DNA of 30,798 nt from Nitrospinota bacterium (GCA_030754595.1 JASLZZ010000046.1:1-30798); one strand, 5' to 3'. Shown: positions 1 through 7,948, numbered from the stretch's first letter. Translations and numbers: made by a program. The notes: generated by a model not told the origin, from the sequence alone.

Positions 1-72
1 CTGAGAGAGCAGGACCTCGGCTTCTCTTAACTTGCCGATAATCTGCTCAGGCGTATGACGCTTCCTGGACAT
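1..72 (-). CDS. IS3-family transposase OrfA, N-terminal 24 aa (partial)
   Basis: Manual translation MSRKRHTPEQIIGKLREAEVLLSQ resembles the HTH N-terminus of IS3 OrfA; GAGGGG RBS upstream. Not in the ORF track. Confidence 0.85.
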   Translation of the reverse strand, partial: MSRKRHTPEQIIGKLREAEVLLSQ

Positions 73-160
73 GAAAAATCCCCTCGATTCGGGCGGTCAT
101 GCCGAAAGAGTACCGAAAATCCTCTCATCCAACATGGACCGATATGAGGGGGGCACGTCA
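1..160 (-). mobile_element. IS3-family (IS407-like) insertion sequence, left end; runs off the window start
   Basis: Minus strand begins TGACGTGCCCCCCTCATATCGGTCCA at 160, a typical IS3/IS407-type TG-ended terminal repeat. About 90 bp later comes an OrfA-like start. Confidence 0.85.
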
Positions 161-188
161 AGAGAACTTCCGACGAAGGGCTTGTGGC

Positions 189-1871
189 CTACTTGGGAGC
201 GTAGGCAAGCGGAGCCATTGCCTCGATGTCACTCACAACATCGATGATAACGGGTCGATCAGCCTCGAATGCTTGCTGAAGAGCACTTTTGAGATCTCCC
301 GGTTTTTCGACCCGAATTCCGAGAGCACCCATGGTTTCGGCAATTTCGGCGAAATTGACTTTATTGAGCACCCACATCTCCCGTGCCTGCTCTGTCTGCT
401 TTCCTCCGTAGGCAACATCGAAGCCTCTTTTCGATTGATTGCCGGCGCCATTGTTGTTGACAAGTGTAACGGCATTAATTTTCCAGCGCACCGCGGTTTC
501 AATTTCGCTGAGATGATACCAAAACCCCGAATCGCCCGTGTATGTAAATACAGGTCTATCTGGAAGCGCGCACTTCGCACCGAGGCCGGCCGAAAACGCC
601 CAACCAAGGTGGCCTGCGCTCCGAGCGTAGCTCTGGCCCGGATCGGTCAAATCGAACATTCCCCCCATCCACATTCCCGAGTGACCGGTATCAGCCAGCA
701 CCATCGCGTCCGAAGGAAGATTTTTGCTGAGTTCACTACAAATGCGCTCGGGGCGCATGGGTGATCCCTCGGAAGTTAAAAGCGGCTCAAACTCCTCACG
801 CCATTCGTTAACGGCGGTCCGGGCCCGATCGACCCATCCCTTGCGCGAGGTAGCGGTTGCGCCGTCCACAACCTCCGTGAGCTTTTGTAGGGAAACCTTT
901 GCATCGCCATTGATAGACGCCTTAAGGGGATAGTTTTTCCCAAGGGCCTCTGGGTTGATATCGAGCTGGATCGCGGGGGTTCCAATAGGCGGAACCATCC
1001 AGAAATGAGTGGTCATCCCTCCGGTTTCCGTTCCCACGAAAAATACGAGATCGGCCTCGCTCACGATTCGATTGGCGCTAATCCGCGAATAGGTGCCTAC
1101 CACACCTATCGACAGGGGATGATTGCCTGTAATGGTGTCTTTGCCGTTAAGAGTGGTGGCTACAGGAATTTGGAGTTTTTCGGCAAGGGCAACAAGCTCC
1201 GCACCCGCACCGGAAGCACGGACTCCGCCACCGGCAACGATTACGGGTTTTTTCGCCTCCCCGAGAATTCGTGCGGCCGCCTGGACTCGCTTTATTTCGG
1301 GTTCCGGCCTTAAGGGGGGCAAATGAGCGAAGTCCTCCTCGACATAGACCTCCATATCGGCCTCCTCGCGGTCAATCTGCCCTTCGTTCCCCTGGAACTG
1401 AAGGTGAACTGGCCCCGGCGTACCCGATGTAGCAACTCTAAAGGCCTGGCGAACCATATCGGGAAAACGGGAGACATCGTCGATTGTCCCGTTGAACTTC
1501 GTCACCGGTTCGAAAGCGGGCACATCGTCAATCTCCTGATAAACCTGGCGGAATTTTGTCCGAGGGACCCGGCCGCCAGTTAAGGCAATCACAGGAGATT
1601 TGGCGAGGTAGGCATCTCTAAGGCCCGCGGCCAGGTTAAACGCCCCGATCACCTGAGCCATGCAAACAGCTGGCCGCCTCGCAGCCCGCGCGTAACCGTC
1701 AGCCATGTAGGCAGCCGATTTTTCTCCGTGCGTTTGAACCCGGGCGATACTGGAGCGCTCCTCAAGTTCCGCCATAGTTCGCCTTAAAACCGCCGGGACA
1801 TGGAAAATATGAGTAATCCCGTAACCCTTGAGCATTTCCGCGAGAACTCGTGCACCTGTCATTTTCGCCAT
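189..1871 (-). CDS. Thiamine-diphosphate-binding enzyme (acetolactate synthase large-subunit-like)
   Basis: MTGARVLAEML start, catalytic Glu in HGEKSAAYMADGYAR, PGPVHL, ThDP motif GDSGF...VNNN. AAGGAG RBS before ATG at 1871. No small regulatory subunit adjacent. Confidence 0.9.
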   Translation of the reverse strand: MAKMTGARVLAEMLKGYGITHIFHVPAVLRRTMAELEERSSIARVQTHGEKSAAYMADGYARAARRPAVCMAQVIGAFNLAAGLRDAYLAKSPVIALTGGRVPRTKFRQVYQEIDDVPAFEPVTKFNGTIDDVSRFPDMVRQAFRVATSGTPGPVHLQFQGNEGQIDREEADMEVYVEEDFAHLPPLRPEPEIKRVQAAARILGEAKKPVIVAGGGVRASGAGAELVALAEKLQIPVATTLNGKDTITGNHPLSIGVVGTYSRISANRIVSEADLVFFVGTETGGMTTHFWMVPPIGTPAIQLDINPEALGKNYPLKASINGDAKVSLQKLTEVVDGATATSRKGWVDRARTAVNEWREEFEPLLTSEGSPMRPERICSELSKNLPSDAMVLADTGHSGMWMGGMFDLTDPGQSYARSAGHLGWAFSAGLGAKCALPDRPVFTYTGDSGFWYHLSEIETAVRWKINAVTLVNNNGAGNQSKRGFDVAYGGKQTEQAREMWVLNKVNFAEIAETMGALGIRVEKPGDLKSALQQAFEADRPVIIDVVSDIEAMAPLAYAPK

Positions 1872-2327
1872 CCAGTAATTCTCCTTAAGAAATAAATGAA
1901 GTTCGTAGACCAAAACCTAAAATAAACCGAAGGGTATTTAGGCCCGAATCCCCCCATATTGAGCCATGAGTCGGCATCCGTCCAACAACCGGCGTATCTT
2001 GTAGCGATACCGCTAAGGAAAAACTGGTCTCTGGGGTTCCCCGGGCATAAATATTGTTCCTACAGATATTGCGTACTCCACATAGCACTTCAATTGCCCT
2101 TGGTTTCCTTATGGCCGCCACGACCCGCGGACTTTCCATAGCTCCCGAGATCATTCCAAGAGATGAGTAAATTGGCGAAACACTCTCCTAATTGATAGGG
2201 ACCAACCAAATTCACGAGCGCCTCTCAATAGGGGGCGCCAACCGTCCATACCCGAAAATAGCTACGATTTATTATCCCCGAGAGTTCGCTAACTCTAATG
2301 AAGCTTGGATAAATTGAAGAAATTTGT

Positions 2328-2337
2328 TTGTATACAA
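2328..2337. promoter_or_regulatory. Palindrome TTGTATACAA, candidate GntR/FadR-family operator
   Basis: Perfect 10-bp palindrome in an AT-rich divergent intergenic region; resembles GntR-family binding sites. Confidence 0.4.
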
Positions 2338-2565
2338 TATATTTTTGATTATTTAAGGGTATCCGGGAAATTATTACTCTAGGCCCGTTTTCGGTTCACC
2401 AATAAAAATAGCGGTTTGTCATTAAAAAAGAAATTTTCAATGATGGGATATATCTCTTTACAATTCCATAGCGAAAATATAGCAATCCAGGAGCCCGAAT
2501 GCCCCAATCTCAAATGGTGAAACGAGGAACCGCCCTTTTTCACCGCTTGGATTGGAGCCGCGGAA

Positions 2566-2751
2566 ATGAACGCTGCCTGTTTGAAACCAATTTTTGAAAT
2601 GACGAACAGGGAAATCGATGAAATGTGTTCGGATTTGATCGACGATCTGCAAACAGCTCAGGACTTGAGGGATTTCAACAACGTTCAGTATCTACTCGAT
2701 GCCGTTCTCGAGGAGCAGGACGCCCGCCGGTTTCAAATTGCGCCGTTTTAA
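2566..2751 (+). CDS. Small acidic hypothetical protein (61 aa)
   Basis: ATG with GGAG upstream; helical, protein-like composition; fills an intergenic gap. No family recognised. Confidence 0.5.
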   Translation: MNAACLKPIFEMTNREIDEMCSDLIDDLQTAQDLRDFNNVQYLLDAVLEEQDARRFQIAPF

Positions 2752-2806
2752 CATCCGCTCCGGGTGAGGCAGCGCCGCCCGGATTCCACCCCTCCCGCGC
2801 TTGGGG

Positions 2807-2968
2807 TCAGCACCCGCACATGACGCCGCCCAGCACACCGAGGCCGGTCCCCACGGCGATCCAGATCGGGCGGTCGCCCAGGAATTCGCCGCCCATAAAC
2901 GCGAAGGCGACCAAAAACGCGCCAGAGAGGGCAAATACGGCGGCGAGGGTTTTGGTCCAGTTTCTCAT
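2807..2968 (-). CDS. Small two-helix membrane protein (53 aa) ending in CGC
   Basis: Manual translation MRNWTKTLAAVFALSGAFLVAFAFMGGEFLGDRPIWIAVGTGLGVLGGVMCGC; two hydrophobic stretches, GC3-rich codons, co-oriented downstream of RidA. Below the ORF-track cutoff. Confidence 0.6.
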   Translation of the reverse strand: MRNWTKTLAAVFALSGAFLVAFAFMGGEFLGDRPIWIAVGTGLGVLGGVMCGC

Positions 2969-3045
2969 CGGGAAGTTTCACTCAAAACGGGGCGGGCGCG
3001 TCTCCGATCCGGCACAGGACACCCTTCTCCTCGGGGAACTTCCGC

Positions 3046-3480
3046 TCATGAGAGCTTCAGGCGGCCCGAATCGATCACGGCCTCGGCCTCGATTTCGACG
3101 AGGAAATCCGGATCGGCGAGGCGCGAGACGCCCAGCAGGGTGCTCGTCGGGGCCGGATGGGTGAAATACTCGAACCGCACGTCCTGGCAGCGGAAATACT
3201 CTTCGACGTCGGTGGTGTAGGTCACCGTGCGGACAACGTCGCCGAAATCCGCGCCCACGGCCTCGAGCCCCGCCCGGATGCACTCGCAGACCCGCTGGAT
3301 CTGGGCGCGCATGTCGCCCCGCCCCATCAGGGCGCCGCTTTCATCGGCGGATACCTGGCCCGCGAGATGAATCCGCGCATGATCGGCGGCCTCGACGACG
3401 ATGACCGAGGTGTAAATCGGATTTCCGTCCTTGACGCGAGCGAACATGCCCTTTGGCATGAGGTGGTGAACCTTGGCCAT
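3046..3480 (-). CDS. RidA/YjgF family protein
   Basis: IHLAGQV, DVVRTVTY, conserved Arg in VRFEYF, PTSTLLGVSRLADPDFLVEIEAEA; GGGAGG RBS before ATG at 3480. Confidence 0.9.
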   Translation of the reverse strand: MAKVHHLMPKGMFARVKDGNPIYTSVIVVEAADHARIHLAGQVSADESGALMGRGDMRAQIQRVCECIRAGLEAVGADFGDVVRTVTYTTDVEEYFRCQDVRFEYFTHPAPTSTLLGVSRLADPDFLVEIEAEAVIDSGRLKLS

Positions 3481-3554
3481 GACAGCCTCCCCGAATTGCA
3501 AAAGAGAACCGAAAAAGAAAACTGAAAAAGGAAAGTTCTATAGCGCCCGGCATC

Positions 3555-4472
3555 CTACCCGTCGGCGTTGATGCGCTCGATGAGTTGTTCGAGGACCTCG
3601 TCGGCCCGCTCGTTTTCGATCTGGCAGGTGCCGGCGGCCTAGTGGCCTCCCCCGTCGTACTCGAGCATCAACGCGCCCACGTTGGTGTTCGAACTCAGGT
3701 TGGCGATCGAGCGGCCGGTGGCGAAGACGGTGGTCCCCTCGACCTTCCCCCGCAGGACGTGAATGGAGATGTTCTGGTCCGGGTGAAGCGCGTAAACCAT
3801 GAACCGGTTCCCCAGCCAGACGAGGTCCTCGCGCCGGAGGTCGAGGACGACGAGGTTCCTGTGAATGGACTCGCACCGACCGATTTGCTCCTTGAAATCA
3901 TCCTCGTGCTCGAAGTAGAGGCGCGAGCGCTCCACGATGTCGGGGAGCGCCAGAATCTAGTCCGCCGTCATGTCGAGGCAGTGATCGATCAACTGGCGCA
4001 TGAGTTCCTCGGCCGAAACGCTGAAATCCTTGTACTGGTCGAGGCCCGTCCGCGGGTCGAGCAAAAAGCTGAGGAGCACCCAAGCGTCCGGGTAAAGCAC
4101 CTCGTTCCAGGAGAAATTCCCCGTGTCCACCTTGTCAGCGACATCGAGGAGCCTCCCGAACTTGGGCGGGAAGTTATCTTCGCCGCCGAAAAACTCATAG
4201 ACAACCCCCGAGGCCGAGGCCGCGTCGGGAGCGTTGATGTAGTCGCTCCGCTCCCCGATGCGCACGGCTTCGCTGGCGTGGTGGTCGATGACCAGGTGGA
4301 CGCCCTTGACGTAGGGGAGGTTCGTGGTGATGTCCCGCGAGGAGACGGGGATCTTGCCATCCTGCATGTCCTTGGGATGAACGAAGGCGACCTCGTCGAT
4401 CATGTCCATGTGGCGGAGCAGCACCCCGCTCACCAGACCGTCCAAATCGTTTCACGTCACCAGGCTATGCAT
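3555..4472 (-). pseudogene. DHH-family phosphoesterase (exopolyphosphatase/nanoRNase-like) with three in-frame stops
   Basis: One 306-codon frame: MHSLVT*NDLDGLV...HPKDMQDG...IDHHASE...MTAD*ILALPD...GGGH*AAGTCQI...INADG*. Stops are TGA at 4452-4454, TAG at 3957-3959 and TAG at 3639-3641. DHH and GGGH motifs present. Confidence 0.88.
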
Positions 4473-4828
4473 CGCCCCTTCGGTCATTATCTAGCGCCTC
4501 GCCGGAACCCAGAAAAAACGGGTTGAGCGGAAAACAACGAGGGATTATACCATCCGGCCCGCCAAATTACATGGCGTCTGGCGAAAGCATGTCAGGGGGT
4601 CATAAAAGCCGATTCGGAGGCACCGCCCCGGGGAGGCTCGGTCTGGGAGAAGTTTCGGTTTCAGAATTTTTTTTATTTCAGGAAATTTCGTCTCTGGAAA
4701 ACCCGGTCTTGGGGAGGTTTCGATACCTGAAAACCCGGCTTCGGAAGCTCCCCTCTGGCGGAGGAAAGCCGGGCGCCGCCCGCGACAGGTGCTGTCCGCA
4801 CCGGGCGGCGAAGGAGAGGGCCGCCGCG

Positions 4829-5020
4829 CTAGCTGGCGAGTTTCTCGTTTTCGAGCGATTTGACCTCGACCTTCATCCAGCGGCGAAGCTCGATCTGCTC
4901 GCGGCGGTCGTCGTCCCGGCACTCAACGAAGCTGAGCGGGTTGATCAGGCTCGTGGCGTTCTCGCTCTTGCGGGCCCCTGTGGAGCCGCTGCGGAGGCTC
5001 CGGGATGGTGTTGAATACAT
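4829..5020 (-). CDS. Possible small hypothetical protein (63 aa)
   Basis: ATG with purine-rich upstream sequence and a charged C-terminal half; no family recognised. Confidence 0.3.
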   Translation of the reverse strand: MYSTPSRSLRSGSTGARKSENATSLINPLSFVECRDDDRREQIELRRWMKVEVKSLENEKLAS

Positions 5021-5177
5021 TTTCTCTCAATTCCTCCGGGTGCGAGGGCGGTACAGGGACGGTTTCGGGAGTTCCGCTCGCTATCTCCGTCCCGATACTT
5101 AACTTATCGGCCCGATTCGCCGAAACTAAAGCCGATTCGCCCCTGCGGGTCCGTTCCGGCAGGAACGAAGGCTTTTG

Positions 5178-5212
5178 CCCCCATCCCAACCTTCCCCCGG
5201 CGGGAGAAGGGG
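5178..5212. repeat. REP-like palindromic element
   Basis: CCCCCATCCCAACCTTCCCCCGGCGGGAGAAGGGG: a C-rich arm plus stem CCTTCCCCC/GGGAGAAGG (1 mismatch), resembling intergenic repeats of GC-rich bacteria. Single copy here. Confidence 0.4.
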
Positions 5213-5389
5213 TTTTCTACGTCCCCACAGGCGACCTCGCTAGACGAGCCCACTTCCCATAGGAGCGCCCGCCAATAGAGCGGCCGCCGTGGTATGCTGT
5301 GGCGTTGCAACCATCCGGAATTTTATGTGCGAAGCACACAAACGAGACGGCCGCGCCCACGGGGCGGCCGAGCCGCCGGGAGACCTTCA

Positions 5390-5818
5390 ATGGCCATGAT
5401 CCCCGAAAATCTTCACGAGCACATCAACGCCGCCTATCCCGAGAACGTCTGCATCGTCGGCACCGTCCAGCCCGGCGGCTGGGTCCAGATCAGCCCGCGC
5501 GGCAGCGTCCTCGTCCATGACGGTGACACCCTCGCCTATTGGGACCGCGGGAGCGGCACCACCCACGACCAGGTCGCCGACGGCTCCCTGGTGACCGTCT
5601 TCTTCAGGAACCCCAACATCCGCGAGCTCCTGCCCAAGGGCGGCGTCGCGCGCTTTTACGGCACCGCCTCGGTCCATACCGAGGGCCCGATGCGCGATGA
5701 GATTTATGGGAAATTGATCCAGCCCGAGCGGGACAAGGACCCCGACAAGAAGGGCCGCGCCGTCCTGCTCAAGCTCCAGCGCGCCGAGAACATCGCTCAC
5801 GACCCCCTGGCGGACTAG
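5390..5818 (+). CDS. Pyridoxamine 5'-phosphate oxidase-like (split-barrel flavin-binding) protein
   Basis: CIVGTVQPGGWVQISPRGS, LAYWDR, ARFYGTA pattern; GGGAGA RBS before ATG at 5390; strong GC3 bias. Confidence 0.85.
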   Translation: MAMIPENLHEHINAAYPENVCIVGTVQPGGWVQISPRGSVLVHDGDTLAYWDRGSGTTHDQVADGSLVTVFFRNPNIRELLPKGGVARFYGTASVHTEGPMRDEIYGKLIQPERDKDPDKKGRAVLLKLQRAENIAHDPLAD

Positions 5819-5835
5819 GCCCTGCGGGCGGCATA

Positions 5836-5906
5836 GGTCGTTCCGCGAGGATCGAAGGATTTTGCCGGTTGGGGGTCGTTCCGTCAAGATCGAAGGATTT
5901 TGGCGG
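5836..5906. repeat. Degenerate direct repeat, 2 x 33 bp, period 38
   Basis: GGTCGTTCCGCGAGGATCGAAGGATTTTGCCGG (5836-5868) versus GGTCGTTCCGTCAAGATCGAAGGATTTTGGCGG (5874-5906). Confidence 0.75.
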
Positions 5907-5986
5907 ATTTTTTGGCGGGATTTTAGAAGGGAATAGCTGGTTCCTGGGCCGGATGACGGTAGGCGAACTACCCTGGGCCGGAGGCC

Positions 5987-6101
5987 CTAGAGGTCATTTC
6001 ATAACCTCTTTCGCGGAATCTTCGTCCGTCAAAGGCCTTGATTTTATCGGCCTTCTCACAGGGGTGGAAACCTCGGGAATGGGTTATGAAATGACTTCTA
6101 G
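5987..6101. mobile_element. MITE / internally deleted IS (IS5-family-like ends), ~109 bp in a CTAG site
   Basis: CTAGAGGTCATTTCATAACC (5987-6006) and GGTTATGAAATGACTTCTAG (6082-6101) form a 20-bp inverted repeat with one mismatch; no coding capacity between them. Confidence 0.75.
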
Positions 6102-6271
6102 GCAGGATGCCCGTAGTCGCCGGGACCCGGCCAGGGCTCGGGCCCGAAAACCGCCTCAAGCTCCTTCAACTTCTCGAACCACTCCTCGAAGCCGTAGACC
6201 CCCCCCTGGTAATTCTTGAAATTCAGGGCGAATGCCCTCCTGGCGATATTATTCTCTTTTACGGCGCTCAT
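6098..6271 (-). CDS. Small hypothetical protein (57 aa)
   Basis: Manual translation MSAVKENNIARRAFALNFKNYQGGVYGFEEWFEKLKELEAVFGPEPWPGPGDYGHPA*; strong RBS AGGAGGGGAG. Stop TAG coincides with the CTAG at the MITE end. Confidence 0.6.
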   Translation of the reverse strand: MSAVKENNIARRAFALNFKNYQGGVYGFEEWFEKLKELEAVFGPEPWPGPGDYGHPA

Positions 6272-6334
6272 CGCTCCCCTCCTATCCCCAAAAGCTCCGG
6301 ATAACGGGCGATTTGCCTCTAAATCATGGGCTTG

Positions 6335-6357
6335 GAGCCAGCCAAGGAGGCTGGCTC
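6335..6357. promoter_or_regulatory. Perfect 9-bp hairpin in divergent intergenic region
   Basis: GAGCCAGCC-AAGGA-GGCTGGCTC; no U-tract. Confidence 0.4.
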
Positions 6358-6507
6358 ACTAATCTCACCCGCTATCCTGCCTCCCCCGTGTTAGGGGCGA
6401 ATTACAGTAATGTTTCGGGAATGTGAATTCGGGCCGACCCTGCTAAAATTAATAAACGCTATTCGAACGGCCGAGCCGGCGGCGGTCCGCCGCCGGAGGA
6501 GGAAATC

Positions 6508-6669
6508 ATGAAAGGAAAGATAGGGATCGAGGAGCATTTCGCCATCGACGAGACGATCCAGGATTCCTCCCCCCGGTTCCCGGGCGACAGCGTCTGGCCC
6601 GAGCTGAAGAGCCGGCTCCTGGACATTCAGGAAAAGCGGGTCGGCTTTGGTGTGCTCCCCGGATCTTGA
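6508..6669 (+). pseudogene. Truncated amidohydrolase-2 family decarboxylase (gamma-resorcylate/2,6-dihydroxybenzoate decarboxylase-like), N-terminal fragment
   Basis: GGAGGAGG RBS then MKGKIGIEEHFAIDETIQDS...WPELKSRLLDIQEKR, closely resembling the N-terminus of gamma-resorcylate decarboxylase (metal ligands ExH). Similarity ends near codon 44 and a TGA follows after 53 aa. Confidence 0.8.
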
Positions 6670-6831
6670 CCCAGCCCGACTGCGACTATTGGTTTTCTTT
6701 GCCATTTAATTTGACCCAATCAAAGCCAAACATCCAACAAACATATAAATCTCAAAGACTTAACGTCCAATTGGACTCTTAATTTGCAAAAGTCACAATT
6801 TAATCATTGCAGAAAAATGGAAAATTTGCTC

Positions 6832-6985
6832 CTACTCCTTCCTCGTCTTCCTGATCTTCTCAAAATCCCGATACAGCAGCGCGTAATCCTTCTCGCTCAT
6901 TCCCATGGCGATGGCTTTTTGGAGGAAGGAGAGGGTAGCTTCCCCCGGCCAAGGCGGGAAGCTTCGCCGTGGGAACCGTTGGCCC
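6832..6985 (-). pseudogene. Diverged duplicate of the 3' end of the adjacent beta-hydroxyacid dehydrogenase gene
   Basis: Encodes SHGEA//GEATLSFLQKAIAMGMSEKDYALLYRDFEKIRKTRKE* versus SHGEATLGFLKKAIAMGMSEKDYALLYRDFEKIRKARKKK* in the intact gene. Confidence 0.85.
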
Positions 6986-7948
6986 CTACTTCTTCTTCCT
7001 CGCCTTCCTGATCTTCTCGAAATCCCGATACAAGAGCGCATAATCCTTCTCGCTCATGCCCATCGCTATCGCCTTTTTCAAAAAACCGAGCGTGGCTTCG
7101 CCGTGGCTGACTTCGGTGCCGAGGGATTTACCCAGGGCGACGGCCATGCCGAGGTCCTTGTGGAGGTTGTAGACGCGGGATTTGGCGTCCCATTTTTTGT
7201 TCAGGATGTGTTTGGGGAAGCGGACCTCGGAGGCGTAGCTCCGGGCGTTGGCGACGTTGAAGACCTCGATCATCTGTGCGAGGTCGAGGCCGGCGCGCTC
7301 GGCCATCCTCCCGCCCTCGACGGTGGCCATGAAGCAGGAGTGGCAGACCATGTTGTGAATGAGTTTGAGGGTGTGGCCCGAGCCCGAGGGGCCGAGGTGA
7401 AAGATTTTGTTGGTGAAGGGCTTGAGGTAGCGGCGGGTGCGCGAGAGGGCCGTTTTGTCGCCGCCCATCATGAGGGTGAGGGTACCGGCGGCGGCTCCGG
7501 CGGCGCCTCCGCTCATGCCGGCGTCGAGGTAGTCGACGCCTTTTTTGGCGGCGCGGCGGGCGAGGCGCTTGGTGTAGGCGGGGTCGGAGGTGGTGAAGTC
7601 GTAGAGGGCGAGGCGTGCGGAATTAGCGGGCCTGGCATCGGCGTTGGCAAGGACGCCGGATTTGCCCTTCAAATGGGCGTCGATCTCGGGCGAGGCGGGG
7701 ACGACGAAGATGATGGCGGCGCAACACCCCGCCATCTCGCCGGGGTGAAGGGCGGTGACGTTGCTATGACCGGCGAAGGGTTTCATGGCCCGGGGGGCGG
7801 TGTCCCAGACGGCGAGGGGGAGCCCGGCCCGTGCGAGATTACGGGCGATGCCGCCCCCCATGTTGCCGAGTCCGACGACGCCTACTTTCGGTCTGGCTTT
7901 CGGTCTGGCTTTCGGCTTTGGTTTCGGCTTTGATTTCGCCTTTAGCAT
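6986..7948 (-). CDS. NAD(P)-dependent beta-hydroxyacid dehydrogenase (3-hydroxyisobutyrate dehydrogenase family)
   Basis: VGVVGLGNMGGGIARNL Rossmann motif, YLDAGMSGG, GTLTLMMGG, GSGHTLKLIHN with catalytic Lys, KDLGMA; AGGAG RBS before ATG at 7948. Confidence 0.92.
   Translation of the reverse strand: MLKAKSKPKPKPKARPKARPKVGVVGLGNMGGGIARNLARAGLPLAVWDTAPRAMKPFAGHSNVTALHPGEMAGCCAAIIFVVPASPEIDAHLKGKSGVLANADARPANSARLALYDFTTSDPAYTKRLARRAAKKGVDYLDAGMSGGAAGAAAGTLTLMMGGDKTALSRTRRYLKPFTNKIFHLGPSGSGHTLKLIHNMVCHSCFMATVEGGRMAERAGLDLAQMIEVFNVANARSYASEVRFPKHILNKKWDAKSRVYNLHKDLGMAVALGKSLGTEVSHGEATLGFLKKAIAMGMSEKDYALLYRDFEKIRKARKKK
7885..7944. repeat. In-frame 12-bp tandem repeat (5 degenerate units) encoding a K/P/R-rich N-terminal extension
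   Basis: CTTTCGGTCTGG x2, CTTTCGGCTTTG, GTTTCGGCTTTG, ATTTCGCCTTTA; encodes KAKSKPKPKPKARPKARPK. Confidence 0.85.

Noticed and set aside
189..1871. Naming as ilvB/ilvI
   Set aside because: No ilvN/ilvH or ilvC adjacent and motifs diverge from biosynthetic AHAS; substrate unknown.
3585..4526. 313-aa plus-strand ORF
   Set aside because: Antisense shadow of the GC3-rich DHH pseudogene; no recognisable motifs.
5836..5906. CRISPR array
   Set aside because: Only two imperfect copies separated by 5 bp, no spacers of CRISPR length and no cas genes.
6832..7041. 69-aa ORF as an independent gene
   Set aside because: Its N-terminal half is an off-frame reading of the dehydrogenase end, and its C-terminal half is the duplicated 3' fragment.
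6905..7933. 342-aa plus-strand ORF
   Set aside because: Antisense shadow of the beta-hydroxyacid dehydrogenase.
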